A stretch of 64,000 nt of DNA. Source: Selaginella moellendorffii (lineage: Eukaryota; Plantae; Lycopodiophyta). The stretch is from contig NW_003314270.1 of NCBI RefSeq assembly GCF_000143415.4, forward strand, positions 742,453 through 806,452, read 5' to 3'. Shown here piece by piece: positions 12,101 to 24,634 of this stretch (position 1 is its first letter; the number at the start of each line of letters is the position of its first letter). The notes below the pieces were generated by a model. The model made no database searches. It had not been told where the DNA came from and saw nothing but the letters and a program-made list of their open reading frames with translations. Both the position numbers and the translations under genes were made by a program.

Positions 12101-13178
12101 CTCACGTCTGTCCTTTGTCACCAGAGCAAACTGTAGTGCCGCGAAGGAGCTCAGCAACGAAGACATGGACCAGCTCATGGACAGTATGTCAGGTAAAGCC
12201 CAGCAACGAATGTGATTAGAAACTGATAAGCATGTGGTGTGTGGTGTATATATAACAGGTAAACCCGGGAAAGCGGCCAGCTCGCCATCGGGATTGGATG
12301 CCTTGGCAACCGCTGCGGCATTTGGCGACGAGAAGGCAGCATCTCCTCCGCCACCAGCTGCGACAACAAAGCATCCCCGCCACCGTCCGGGTTGTACATG
12401 CATCGTCTGCATCCAGCCTCCCAGCGGCAAGGGTCCCAAGCACAAGCCGACGTGCGTGTGCAACGTCTGCCTGACCGTGAAGCGGAGGTTCAAGACGCTG
12501 ATGATGAGGCGGAAGAAGCGGCAGTCGGAGCGCGAGGCGGAGACGGCGCGGAAGAAGAAGGCGTGGGACAAGGACGACGGGGTGGCCGCGGCGGCGTCCC
12601 CGGCAGAAGCCAAGTGGCTCAAAGGCAACAACAACAACAACAACGTCACCACCACGCCGGAGAGGGGCCAGCAGCGCTACAACACGAGAGAGGCATCGGC
12701 ACCGCCAAAGGCGAGCCCGGCATTGCCAGCGGAGAGCCCGAGCCCGAGTCCGAGCCCGATCAACCCGATCAACCCGTTTGTGACGGAGCGAGGTAAGACG
12801 TTTCCATTCCCAGAGCTGCTGGGAGCGTTTGCGTCACCGCCAGTTCCAGGGGGAGGAGTAGGAGGAGGAGGTGGTGGTGCTACTGCTGTGGCGGATGAGA
12901 ACTTGGCGGGGAAAGGAGGGATTGATCTCAACAGCCAGCCGGAGCGGGACGAGGCGGCACAGCAGAGCAGGCTGAGCATGATGAGGCTGCTGCAGGACGC
13001 GAGCTTGCCGCTGGATATGTATCTCAAGCAGCAAGGGATGGCCAACCTTGCTCCAGGATTTGGTGGTGGTGGAAATGGTGGTGGGAGTGGTGGTGGTGGT
13101 GGTGGTGAGCAGGTGAGTGATGCAAAGCAGCAAATTCAGCAAGCAGCAGCAGAACCCTCCTCTGTGCAAGATGGTTAA
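9179..13178 (+). CDS. VAL: VAL/HSI2-type B3 transcriptional repressor (PHD-like, B3, CW zinc finger, EAR motif); core CDS from ATG 9718, optional upstream exon 9179-9223
   Basis: CMNVRC...[10 protein letters not shown]...[23 protein letters not shown]3 [22 protein letters not shown]...[18 protein letters not shown] domain [34 protein letters not shown]-like IDLNSQP. Confidence 0.95.
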
Positions 13179-14235
13179 AAGAAAACAGCAGAGCAGGTTG
13201 GAGAGATTATTTATCTGTGTTCAACATGGTTGGGTGGTTGTTTTTTTTTATCTTATTTTTTTGATACTGTAACAGGAAGCAATAGAGGAAGAGAAAGACA
13301 TGTTTCTTTGTTTAATAATTGGTGATCAAAGTTGATAATTGTGGCTTCTAGAATTTGTGTTTCTTTTCTGATAATTGATGGGTTCTAGAATTTGTGTTTC
13401 TTTACTTTAATATTTGGTATATTAGTTATCTGATACAAGCTGATAACTCTTTACTGAGGCATGGTTCTAGAATTGGTCTGTTGGAAAGAGGAATGAACCT
13501 TCTTACTAGTCCGAAGCTGCAGATTTGTCTAAGATTTTATCTGCAAGGACATACGAATAGTCCTACTTACAATTGGGATTTGTTCTTGGTTGTCCTAGCA
13601 GAGCAGAACGTAGAAGCATGGGTCAGCCGGTGCGAGGGTCCGTTGCCGTCAAGATCCTGGAAGATATTGCGAATTCCTGCGGCGGAAGCAAGCGCAGCAT
13701 GGAGGATGAGATCCTGGATCATGTAGAGAAGAGCTTTTAGCTTCCCAGTGGAGGAAGCAATAAAAGATCCAACAACAATGTGAACAAAGCAAAAGTTTCA
13801 TTTCCCCTCCCTCTAGCTTAATTCCCTCTTCGTTTCATCGAGCCTACAAAGGAAAAGGAGAAACTCTTTGTCGATCCAGGCTCTTTAACTTTCATGGAGA
13901 GCTTTTTAGCTGGAGAGGATTGGAACTCATTGGATCATCTTCAAGCTGAGAAGAAGTATTGATATTGATGCTCTGGATTTAGCTTTCATGTAGAGCTTTC
14001 TAGCTTCATGGAGAGGATTGGAACTTATCCCTTTCAAGTTGGAGAGAATTGCTGGAAGAAGCATCGATCAATCGATCAATCGATCCATGGTTGACTCGAT
14101 CCTGAGAGCACGCCGGGAATCTCTAAGCACGGACTCACGACCACGAAGAAAACGACGCAAACGACTAGGTGTAGACCTGGACTTTCAGTGCCATACTGGA
14201 AGACTTGGAACAAGAAAACGTGAAACAATACCAAC

Positions 14236-14913
14236 TCATGGCAGTGTACCTGGATACAGTTCTCTGTGGCTCGCGTTAATGTGAAGTGTCACCTGGAAAA
14301 CCATGACAATCATAAGAGCCACGAGAAACATTAAGAAACGTGAGACGAGTACCGCTTTAGGCGACGAGCAAATCGGGCAGCGAACTATGCCGTTCTCGTT
14401 GCAATGCGGGCATTTCTTCACACCGCCGCCTCCCACCAGGAAAAGCTTGCAGCTTCCACGGCACCAGCGGCACGGAACGAACCTCATCCCACCACACCCG
14501 TCGCAGGCAAGGAACGATCCATGCCGGGAGACCATCCCCTGGAGCAGCCTCGCCAGATTTCCCTGCTCGTGCATCGATCTCACTTCCTCGGCACCACCGA
14601 TGAATCTCCCCCCGATGAACACCCGCGGCAGGCCCACCGGAGCACCCAGGAGTTGCCGCAGCTCCGTCCGGAAGCCCGAGTGCATTGACACGTCTCTCTC
14701 GTCGATGTTGATGCCCAGCGTCCTGAAGAGCATCTGCATGCTCCGGCAGTCCTCGTACGTCTTTCGAATTCCCCTCAGGCTGGTGCAGTAGAGAACAACG
14801 CTTGACTCGCCACCGGGCGGGCAGCACTGCTGGAAGGACTCCACAAAGTTCCTTCGCTCGTTTTCTTCTTGACCACCATCGCACTGTGGTGCCTCCTGAG
14901 ACAACATCTGCAT
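14236..14913 (-). CDS. Glutaredoxin-domain protein with Cys-rich C-terminus (GRX-like, At5g39865 type); N-terminus uncertain
   Basis: CPPGGESSVVLYCTSLRGIRKTYEDC, ERDVSMH, LPRVFIGGRFIGG, CDGCGGMRFVPCRWCRGSCK, CPHCNENGIVRCPIC. Confidence 0.88.
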   Translation of the reverse strand: MQMLSQEAPQCDGGQEENERRNFVESFQQCCPPGGESSVVLYCTSLRGIRKTYEDCRSMQMLFRTLGINIDERDVSMHSGFRTELRQLLGAPVGLPRVFIGGRFIGGAEEVRSMHEQGNLARLLQGMVSRHGSFLACDGCGGMRFVPCRWCRGSCKLFLVGGGGVKKCPHCNENGIVRCPICSSPKAVLVSRFLMFLVALMIVMVFQVTLHINASHRELYPGTLP

Positions 14914-15547
14914 GGAGTGAGATCAGGACCAAATGAAGAAAGAGATCTCATTGTACCTATGTTGCCGAGTGAAAAACCTTTCACCATAGTTCTCTCTCAT
15001 TCCAGCTCTGACAGCCGTTTTAATTGCTTGCTTCTTTTACGGCAACTTCCACCTCCATCTCTGAGCCGTCTGCTAGAGGATGTTAACTGCCTCATGCTTT
15101 CAGCATCATGTTGCGGTACAAATGACTTGGATAATCTCCCTGTCACGTAATGCAGCTTTTGTCAATGAAAGGATCAAGAACGATCGAGAGTTAAGTAGGA
15201 ACCGGTGAGGAGCTGCAGTAGTTCCATCTCCCTTTCAGTCTCAGTCAGGGGAAATTGCATATCACTTTCTCATCCACCTATTCAGCAGTCACAAATTCAG
15301 ATAATCAGTCGTCACTAAATTGAAAAAGCTGATAAGGAAAAAAAAATTACTACGTACCCAAAGTCGAGATGATCTGGTTGAGCGAACTAAAATTACTGAA
15401 GGAAAAATCTCAGAGACAAAAACACAGAGATGAATATGGAAAGTTAAGCAAGGAGAAAATGTACGTAGATTATTCTCGGCTGCGGTAGTAGTTGCAGTAG
15501 TAAAACGAACAGCTTGAGTTTCTTAGTATGTACACCGCAAGCACCGC

Positions 15548-17126
15548 TCACATCGCGGCAGCTCCAGCACTCTTTGCGTTCATCCTGATGACAGGCTCGT
15601 CAGTTTCGCGCTTCCTGATTTGCGGCACTGCGGCAGGTCTCTCGATCGGTTTGTCAAGGCTGAGAGTGCCAAAAGCCACGAGCGTCGTGACGACCCTGCT
15701 GTCGCTGTAAACCTGGATGCCCATGACTGGCATGCGAGGGAAAAGCATTGCCCTTCGGTAGCGGACCAGGCGTCGCGGAGCCAGTGTGTCACCGCGTGCA
15801 ATGTCCCAGGGGCGGAAGGTCGAAGAGAAGAGCGCCGCAAAGACATTTGGATGCTTCTTCCTGAGGTGGCACTGAAAAAGAAATGCCTCATGTTAGTAAC
15901 GGGCGACAAGACGTATCGAGTTGTTACTCACAGCTTGGAGCACATCTGGACAACGAGTGCTCTTGCAAATCAAAGGCACCCGCTCTTGTCCCAGTCGAGA
16001 AAGAGAAGCAGCATGCTGATAGGACTCTGCAAGCATTCTTGTGAGTACGAAGGCGCTGGAGAAACGTCTTTCGTGTTATACTACCTTCAGGGCTGTCAAC
16101 AATCGCCGTAGCGAATTTGTTACTCTCGTGAAACATATGTCCAAGAGCAAGAGCCTGCACAGCATCGCAGTTAATCACTTGCAAAACAAACAGCAAAAAA
16201 ACGACTCACATTCTTCTGCCAGTGTCCGGCTCCGAATTCACTGTGACAGTGCCGCTTTTGTTCCACATGCCTCGCAACAACATCGACTGGGTTAACGTTC
16301 AAGATTGAGAAAACCATATCGACAGTCATCTCCTTGTCAATGTTGAAGACCTTGCACTAAACAAGGGAAGTGTTTAAGAACTTGTGGTGGTACGCAAAAG
16401 AAAAATACTCACAAACTCATGGTCCACTTCCGCAGCTCCACAAACTCCTGCTCCGAGCTCGTGCTTCACCATTTCTCTCAACACCGGCAATTCCCCATCC
16501 ACGGCGCCTAGAAAGCATAAAGCTTAGCAGCACACTCAAACCCACTTTACAGAGTACTTACTCAAACAAGAACCTGGCCGGTCGTAAAAAGAAAAGGCTT
16601 TGATCGCTTTATCCGCTGCAAGGTAGAGCCGCTCTCTCAGGTCATGTGTGTGGGATATCGTCGGTGGCTCCGGAATCACAGCTGCAAGCGGCTCAGTAGC
16701 TCCGGAATTACCAAATGGAGACCTCTGCCACAAACAAGAAATGTGTCACAAACTATGCTAGTTTCACGAAGATTTCGAGGAGCTTACGAAGGAAGAGCGC
16801 GCCGGAAGCACAAGATCGTTGATCTTGGAGTAGAAATCGCGCCTGGAGCGCTCCAAGAAGTCCACAAAACCCCAGAAGGCCCCGGAGACGCGGTCCGCCG
16901 CGCGGCGCAGCCACGATGCCGCCGAATCGACCAGCGACGAAGAATCATCCACAATGTATCCAAAAGAAACTCCATCGGCGAGCGTCGGGAGCTGGATCCG
17001 AAATCTTTGCCACCGCGACGACGAGCTCTCGGTGGACACACCTCGCCACTCGGCGATTCTCCGATCGGCCGTGCTGAGCAGCGCCGCGAGAAGGACCCAT
17101 AGCACCAAGGCGCTCCAGAGGCGCAT
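15548..17126 (-). CDS. Multi-exon uncharacterised protein with N-terminal signal peptide
   Basis: MRLWSALVLWVLLAALLSTA start; a chain of short GT-AG-bounded exons (e.g. GAVDGELPVLREMVKHELGAG, KVFNIDKEMTVDMVFSILNVNPVDVV). Family not recognised and 3' end tentative. Confidence 0.6.
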
Positions 17127-17313
17127 TTCTTCCTCACAACCAAAGCCTTACCTAATAAAAGCCCTAATTTCTTTAATCCGTATTAAAGAAGAAGGAATAT
17201 AAAGTATATTTTCCGCAATAAAAATAAACTTAGAAAAGGAATCTAAAGAATATTCTTCTGTCTAAAACCCTAAGTGAAATTTAGGGCAAGGAGTTCCAGA
17301 GGCGGCGAGGAAG

Positions 17314-17643
<330 letters not shown>

Positions 17644-17782
17644 TGAAGCAAACGAGGGATTTTAAATCATCTTGGCCGTACACGTGGCATCATACCAGCC
17701 GATAGACCTAAGTTTGAAAAATAAGGAGACCTAATTCTTCGCCGTACACGTATCATCCCAGCAGTTTGAAAAAAGAAGAACC

Positions 17783-18457
17783 CTAATTCTTACATTGTGG
17801 CAAATGGGAGATTTGTAGCGAGACCATCCTGTGAAGCACCGATAGCAATGCCCGCTCGATCTCTCCCCCATTTTCGCCCTCCAACACGCCCAGCGCCCTC
17901 GCCACTGCCTCCATGCTGCTCATACACCCATGGTAGGGCTCCTTCTTGAGGATTAGGTCCGAATTCCCTCCCATTCCCAGCCCCTCCCTGCGCTTGTCAA
18001 ACGGCAGGCACACCGGAATCGCGAATCCACGCAGGAATTCCATGCTAGCGCTCACCATCTCCTTGGCGTGCTGCCAGGTCGCGTCCACGATCAGCAAGAC
18101 GATCCTCTCGGCGCTGGCTGCTCCATCGCCAATTCTCGCCCAGGAAGAGATCTCCGTGGCGTCTGGTGTTGGGAATAGCAGCAAGACCGGTTGCAATGCC
18201 GGCGATCCGGGCGATCCCAGGAGCCGATCCAGATGCGCCGAGCATCCCTTCCTCAATCGCCGCCCGACGATCACCTCGCAGGAGTCCGGATGGAGGCATT
18301 TGGCGAGAATCGGTACCGTCGCGAGCTTCTGCCTCGTCTCCAGCGGGTGCTGCAGCACGATCACGCTTGTTCTTCGCGTCTGGATGCGCTCCTTGGGCAT
18401 GGCCGGGCACAGGCACGCCGCGCAGGGCCTATCGCATCCGTCGCATCGTGGGCGCAT
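17783..18457 (-). CDS. DTW-domain tRNA-uridine aminocarboxypropyltransferase (DTWD2/TapT-like)
   Basis: Intronless 224 aa; CDGCDRPCAACLC, LQHPLE, LLFP, DATWQHAKEM, SSMEAVARAL. Confidence 0.9.
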   Translation of the reverse strand: MRPRCDGCDRPCAACLCPAMPKERIQTRRTSVIVLQHPLETRQKLATVPILAKCLHPDSCEVIVGRRLRKGCSAHLDRLLGSPGSPALQPVLLLFPTPDATEISSWARIGDGAASAERIVLLIVDATWQHAKEMVSASMEFLRGFAIPVCLPFDKRREGLGMGGNSDLILKKEPYHGCMSSMEAVARALGVLEGENGGEIERALLSVLHRMVSLQISHLPQCKN

Positions 18458-18556
18458 TGCCTTCGCTTCGCAAGAACCCTAGAAATATTTGCCATTTGCG
18501 TGACAAATAGGTAGGGTTTATCGTTGGCGCTGCGAGCGGCGGGATCGCGATCTCTC

Positions 18557-20139
18557 ATGAAATTCCCTGGCGATGATCGATTACATCGGCAAACGCGAGG
18601 TTTCGAGCCAATGCGGGTAAGATTCTTGGCTGGATTCCGATGCGCGACGAGAATATTTCGCAGGGAAGAGCTGCGATTGTGCAAGGAGAGAGCCGCGTGC
18701 CATGTCCCTCACGTCCTTCGCGAGCGCGAGCTCTCGATCGGATCCAGCAGCTGCGATAAGGTGTTTGCCGCGGCATGGATCGACGATGCCAATGTAGCGC
18801 TCGGCACCAAGGACAACAAATTGCTGCTCGTCCACTCGCAGAAGGATCGATGTGTCGAGATAACGCTTCCTCGCAGGAACTCGTGGAGCCGGCCAGAGCC
18901 CGTGGATTCTTCCTGCGGCATCCACTCTATGTATCCTTCCAACGATTTTTCTATTGCTGCTCGATCGTGGACGTGATCCTCATCCGTAAGCTCGCTCAAT
19001 CTCTCCAAGTCGCTTCTCGTGACTGGAGCGGATCATCCAAACGATGCTGCCGTCTTTCGACTTCCATCCTTCCAACCATTGCAGCTCTTAAAGGTGAGCT
19101 TCTTTTTTCTTTGTTTGCTTACAACTTTTACCTTTTGCAGAAGCACGACGACTGGATTTTTGCAACCTCCTGGCTTACGGACACAGTTCTTGCAACTGGT
19201 TTGTGTCCAGTTTCCTTCTTTTCTTTTTTCCTTCCTGGCTCTTTCTATGATTGATTGCTCTACAGGTTCTCGGGATTCCACTGTAAAGCTCTGGTCAGTG
19301 ACCCGGAGCCGCTCTTACCTCAACGAAAGCCCCATTGCTGAGAGAAGATATCACCGGGATAAAGTGAGAGATATTAAATACTGTTCCCAAGCTGAGGTAA
19401 CGAGACTGGAATTTCTTATCTTTACAACTCCATTCCAGATTCTAGGGACGCTGAGTCAAGATGGCACTTGCAAAATATGGGATCCACACGTGATGGAAGT
19501 GGTAAGTATTTCAAGCTTCCTTTGAATAATATTAGTTTTCTTTCTTCTTTAGATTTCAACCGTCCAGCTGCACTACAGAAGGCACTTGCAGTGCCTTGCC
19601 ATTCAGTACCCGGTTTTGGCTGTTGGTTCTCAAAAGCACGTATCTTTCATCGACATGAGATGTGGGCATCTTACTAAACACATTGAATCTCTGGACGACG
19701 CCTGGGGTAACATCTAGACTTTATATACGGATCTTTCATTTTGGCTTAGCAGGTGTTCGCTCGTTGAGTCTCAGAGGTCCTTTGCTAACATGTGGAGGTG
19801 GAAAGGGACGATTATCTTTCTTCGAGATGAGAGCGATGAAGTACCTTACTCTCGGTATGTCGTAGATTATTTTCTATTGCGTCGTAATCCGTTTCTGGAT
19901 CGCAGACCCGGACGCTAGCGGAAATAAGCACTTATATTACAAGATTGGCAGGGGAGCTCCAGTAAAGAGTGACCCATAAAAAAAGCTATGGTTCTGATCT
20001 ACGTTTTCTGTAGGCCGAACGAGACTTCAAATGGCATGCTGTTTATGCACATTCATATGACGTGACTGGCACCTCTTTGCTCGCCGTTGGTGGTCCAGCT
20101 TTGTATGGTCAAAAAGGGTGCTATACTGCTATTTGGTAG
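18557..20139 (+). CDS. DCAF12-like WD40 substrate receptor for CUL4-DDB1
   Basis: KVFAAAWID...GTKDNKL, CGIHS, TGADHPNDAAVFRLP, HDDWIFATSW, GSRDSTVKLW, KVRD, GVRSLS, GGPALYGQKGCYTAIW* parallel animal DCAF12 motifs (recalled, not aligned). Confidence 0.8.
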
Positions 20140-20623
20140 TAGCTTGCTCACACCATTCTGCGAGAGGTATCTTTATCGAGTCTTGTCTTTCACCTATCAA
20201 TCACGTTCTTGCAGTTTCAATGTATATAAAGGACCACTAAAAGGGAGGCTTAGGGGCGTATGCGTAATTTCGTAGATTTTTTCCGCAAGAATCGTAACTC
20301 TGTTTTCTTCAGATTGGTGTATGATTGTTTCTATGAAAAATGTCGTTCTCTTAGCTCGATTGAGGTGGTAGTTTCTCCTCCTCAAAATGTTTCCGTGTTT
20401 AACAAGGCTATCCTTCGCAAAAGGTAAAGTGTCAATTTAAAAGATAACTTTTGTCGATACCTTACAGGTCGTGATCGTTCCCAAGATTTTTCTTAAGAAC
20501 ATTCTATTGCCATTAGAAAAGAGTTTATACAGCACCACTTTACAGAACGACTACGTCGGCGTTATGTTCTTAAATATAACGACGACGTTCTTAAATCCGA
20601 TCGAAGTTTATATACACACTTCT

Positions 20624-22894
20624 TTATCTACGCAGGCTTAGAACTTTTTGGACTTGACTTGCACGAGTCAAAAGGATTGTTGCGGTGGTGGCTACCAGAA
20701 ACGAAATGATAAAGCATGGGACTCCAGCCAGGAGCTCCTCACGGTAACCATCGTCCGAATGATGTTCTTCTACAGATAAGGCCGGAGAATCCCGCGGGCG
20801 GATGTTGGAGAGAGGGAAGCCATACAGTCCTGGATTACCTTCAAAGCTACTGCTCTGAAAAGTGGTAAGCTGGCCTTTCTGAGGAATCATGCCTGACAAT
20901 CTGTTGTAGGAAACGTTGAAGTTGAAAAGAAAAGTCAGCCCGGCAATCGAGTCCGGAATCCGGCCGCTCAGGAAATTCTCCGAAAGGTCCAGAACCTGGA
21001 CGTTCTTGAGTTGACCAACCGACTCAGGTATAGGACCGGCCAGAAAGTTGTGTGCCAGATCCAGCTTATACAAGTTCTGCATGCTGCTCAATTCTCCAGG
21101 AATACCACCGGTGAGATTGTTGTACGAGAGAGTCAGGACGATGAGGCTGGTCAGTTCCATCTTGAACAGCGGCAGGTATTGCATCGACCAAACGCACTCG
21201 GTCGCCAACTCACTCACACGCTGCTCCAAATCTTCCAGGCGGAGTCCCTGGAGCGCAAACATCCCGTCTCTTCCTCGGCACTTGGAGAACTGGACCTCGA
21301 GAAGTTTACAGTTCCCCAGGGAGGTTGCTACCGGGGCCAAACCGAGAACCATTTCCCCGGTGTAATCGCGACCGACGCGAGAAGGAACCGTGCCCGTGAG
21401 CTGGTTCGCACTCAGGTCCAACATGATCAGATTTTTGCACTTCGACAGCTCCAGAGGTACGTCACCTTCCAGAGAGTTGTTTCCGAGCTGGAGAACTACG
21501 ATGGTTTGCAGCTCTCCCAGGGATGGCGGGATTTTCCCAGTCAGTCTGTTTGAAGACAACGAAAGCCACCACAAGTTCTGAAGGCGAGAGATGTCCGGAG
21601 GGATAGCTCCATGCAGATTGTTGTAACTCAAAAGTGCGATGGTCAGATTGGTGCAATTCCCGAGAGCTGGCGGAACGATGCCCTGGAGTTGTTCACCCAC
21701 GCAAGAAGATGCTGGAGCTGCGGGTGGTTCTCACATAAACGATCCGGTATTTCTCCAGTTGCGTTGTTGAAACTAAAATCCAGCATCTCCAAACTGGTGC
21801 AGTTGACGAGCGAGTCGAGCACCCGACCGCCGAGCTTGTGTTTTGGCAGTAGAAGGCTCGTCAACTTGAACGGCGGGCTCTGCTCCAGACAAAAAGCTGT
21901 CCCGAATCGTGGTGAATCTGTTAGAGCTGAAGTTGAGAAACGCGAGGTTCTGGTGAATCCCGAGGACTTCACCGGCGAACCCGTTGTAGCTGGCGTCGAG
22001 AACTTCGAGAGACGGTAAGAAACCATCGTTTTCTAAGCTTTGACGACCGAGAATGTCGGGTGGTGTTCCAGAGAAGGAGTTGAGCGAGATGTTGAGATGC
22101 TTGAGCTTCGGACAAGACGGCGTCGGCTGGAAGAAGAGCTTTCCGGAGATGTTGTTAGCCGACACGTCCAGCTCGACCAGCTTCCGACACGCAGCCCCCG
22201 ACCGGATCTCGAAAGCGGTGAAAGAGTTCCCGGCCAGCTTGAGCTTCCGGATGCTGTTGGAGAAGCTGAGCGATGGGAAAGCCCCGGAGAAGCTGTTGTA
22301 AGACAGGTAGAGCTCCCGGAGATTGGTACAGGCAGTGAGGAGCTCTGGAGGAATCGCTCCAGCCAGATCATTCCCGGACAGGTCCAGCCATTGCAAGCTC
22401 TCACAGCCACCATCGCCGAAAGACGCTCCAGAGATCGAGCCACTTATCTGGTTTTGCGAGAGGTCCAGCCGCCGCAAGCCCGAGCACCTGGTAAGAAACT
22501 CGATTGGAAAACTCCCGCGGAGCTCACTGTTCCTGGAAATGTTTAGGGACTCGAGCGAGCACGAGTGGAGAGTGATCCCAGCCAGGGGCTCCGTGAAGTT
22601 GCTGGCCGAGACGTTTAGCTGGCGGAGCCGGGGGAGCTCTTCGATGGTGGAAGCCAGGAGAGAGGCCGGGAGCTCCAAGAACTGGAGGCTCAGGGACGCG
22701 ACGCGGCCATGGAGGGAGCAAAGCACGCCTTGCCATTGGCAAGAGGGCGTGCTCGCGTTCCAGCTCTCGAGGCTCCGCGATGGATCGCCCACTCCATTTT
22801 TCAAGGATAAGAGCGCTCTGGTATCGCTCGCCGCGGCGAGGATCGCGATTCCTATCAGTTGGAGAAGAAAAGCGTGCACGAGAAAGCCTGCCAT
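20624..22894 (-). pseudogene. LRR receptor-like protein (signal peptide, LRRNT, eLRRs, TM, short tail), frameshifted
   Basis: The LRR consensus continues across three reading frames with switches near 21900 and 21690 and no GT-AG intron to explain them; C-terminal FNVSYNRLSGMIP..SSFEGNPGL and a TM helix are present. Confidence 0.8.
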
Positions 22895-23122
22895 GGTGGA
22901 GAAAAATAATGGAAAAACAGAAGGCAGAGGTCTACAAAAGAGAACAAAACTATGATGGAGAAGAAACTCTTTTACCCCAATTTCTTTAGCAAAAAGGAAG
23001 AACTTTACATTTATAGGCGAATATGCTTCAGAGATGCCAAATTAATTTGAGTTAATTGATTTCTTAATTAATACCTAGTATATTCAAATATTCTTTAATC
23101 TAAGCACGAATATTCATTCCAG

Positions 23123-24634
23123 TCAACCACTTTTCGAACGCGGGGTAGAATTCCTGCTTGCGCGCACCCTCCACGCTCGGATTTGCCGATCCAAACCTCC
23201 ACTGTAGATGCAAAATGCGCGCTCTTCTTCTCCCTCTCCGTGATCCCCTTCCGCGCTATCATTGTAGAAATCGTCGTTCTTCTCTCGCGGCAGTGCTGGA
23301 TCCATGGCCACGACCACGAGCGACTTGATCGGTCCCGTATGCCCTTTCAAAACTCCCAGGCAGCAGTGACCACCGAGCCCTCCAAATTCGATGCTCCAGA
23401 TCCTCACGGTCGCGTCCGCGGATCCACTGCACAGCAATCCCCCGGCGCGTCCCAGGCACAGCACCGCTCCACGGTGCCCCCGCAACCTTTCCACGCAACT
23501 CATGTACGGATCATCGTGATCGCGATCGCGATCGTCAAGAACTACCCCTGCTAGCGATTTCTCCCACACCGCAATTGTGGAATCCGAGAGCCCAGCGTAG
23601 AGAAACTCGCCCCCAAGAACCAGCGCGTTCACTGCAGTAGAGCCATTGCTAACGCTCTTTGATAGCGTCTCGTGGAACAGTGTGGCGAGCAGCGCAAACT
23701 TCTTCTTTCTATCGCTTCCCCCTTTCTTCCACACCCTGATCATCGAATCCGCGGATCCCGTGTAGAGAAATCCCTCCGGCGACGCAACCAGCGCATTGAT
23801 CGCGTCGTCGTGAGCTCGGAAGGATTGCAGGCATCGCAGGTCGGAGACCCTCCAGACCTTGACGCTGCGATCCCAGGAGCTCGAGAAGACGAGAGATCCG
23901 TCGTGAGAGCTCGCGAGCGACGAGATCGCGTCGGTGTGCTGGAGCCACAGGCAAGTCTTGTGGCGACGAACGCGAACATACCTTGCGGGAAACATACACG
24001 ACCTCGCGACGTCTCTGGGCCGGGGCAGCGTCGCCAGGAGCTTCATCGTGAATGATCTGTTGCTGTTCTTGGCGATGGAGTCGAATTCGTTGATCTTGAG
24101 AAGCTCGACTGTCTTCCAGACGCGGATCTTGTTGTCCTGGTGAGCGCTGAGGACTAGAGCCCTGCCTTTGTGGGTGATTTGGAGGAGGGACTTGACGCAG
24201 CCACCATCTCCAAGCTTGGCGAAGTCCGATAAGTGGATCAAAGCTCCATCATTCTCTGATCGGTGGAAGCATTGCCACAGACTGATATGGCTGTCCTGGG
24301 AGCCAGCGATCAAAAGCCCATGATCTAGATCTTTCCCGGCCCAGCAAAGAGAGAAAATGGGACCCTGTGGAGCCCGGAAAGAACCCAGGGAGGAATAAGA
24401 GGCCTGGCGAAATTGTTCGCGAGCTTGATCTTCGACTTCTCCTCCTTCTTCGGCTCCTCGAGTTGTTCTAGAATTGTGAATACGATTGAGGCTTCTTTTC
24501 AGAGACCATGACTCTCGTCCAGATGATCGATCGGCATCGCTGGTATTAGAGCTGGCGGGAATGGAGCTGAATTTCGTGCTGCTGCCGCTAAAACTCTCGC
24601 TGCCAGTGTCATTCTCGTAGAAACTCGACGGCAT
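23123..24634 (-). CDS. JINGUBANG/MHCK-B-like plant WD40 protein
   Basis: Intronless 503 aa; SAHQDNKIRVW, YVRVRRHKTCLWLQHTDAIS, SSSWDRSVKVW, AHDDAINAL, LRGHRGAVLCL, YSGGLDRQIRAW. Confidence 0.88.
   Translation of the reverse strand: MPSSFYENDTGSESFSGSSTKFSSIPASSNTSDADRSSGRESWSLKRSLNRIHNSRTTRGAEEGGEVEDQAREQFRQASYSSLGSFRAPQGPIFSLCWAGKDLDHGLLIAGSQDSHISLWQCFHRSENDGALIHLSDFAKLGDGGCVKSLLQITHKGRALVLSAHQDNKIRVWKTVELLKINEFDSIAKNSNRSFTMKLLATLPRPRDVARSCMFPARYVRVRRHKTCLWLQHTDAISSLASSHDGSLVFSSSWDRSVKVWRVSDLRCLQSFRAHDDAINALVASPEGFLYTGSADSMIRVWKKGGSDRKKKFALLATLFHETLSKSVSNGSTAVNALVLGGEFLYAGLSDSTIAVWEKSLAGVVLDDRDRDHDDPYMSCVERLRGHRGAVLCLGRAGGLLCSGSADATVRIWSIEFGGLGGHCCLGVLKGHTGPIKSLVVVAMDPALPREKNDDFYNDSAEGDHGEGEEERAFCIYSGGLDRQIRAWRVRASRNSTPRSKSG

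Noticed and set aside
13618-13740. 40-aa small ORF MGQPVRGSVAVKILEDIANSC...
   Set aside because: No motif, promoter or homology support; length is compatible with chance.
13885-14070. Duplicated gagagcttt...ggagaggattggaact segment considered as a miR159/319-like precursor
   Set aside because: The repeats are direct, not inverted, and no conserved mature miRNA sequence is present.
20624-22894. Programmed frameshifting in the LRR-RLP
   Set aside because: Multiple shifts plus apparent internal deletions and no slippery-site pattern; pseudogenisation or sequence error is simpler.
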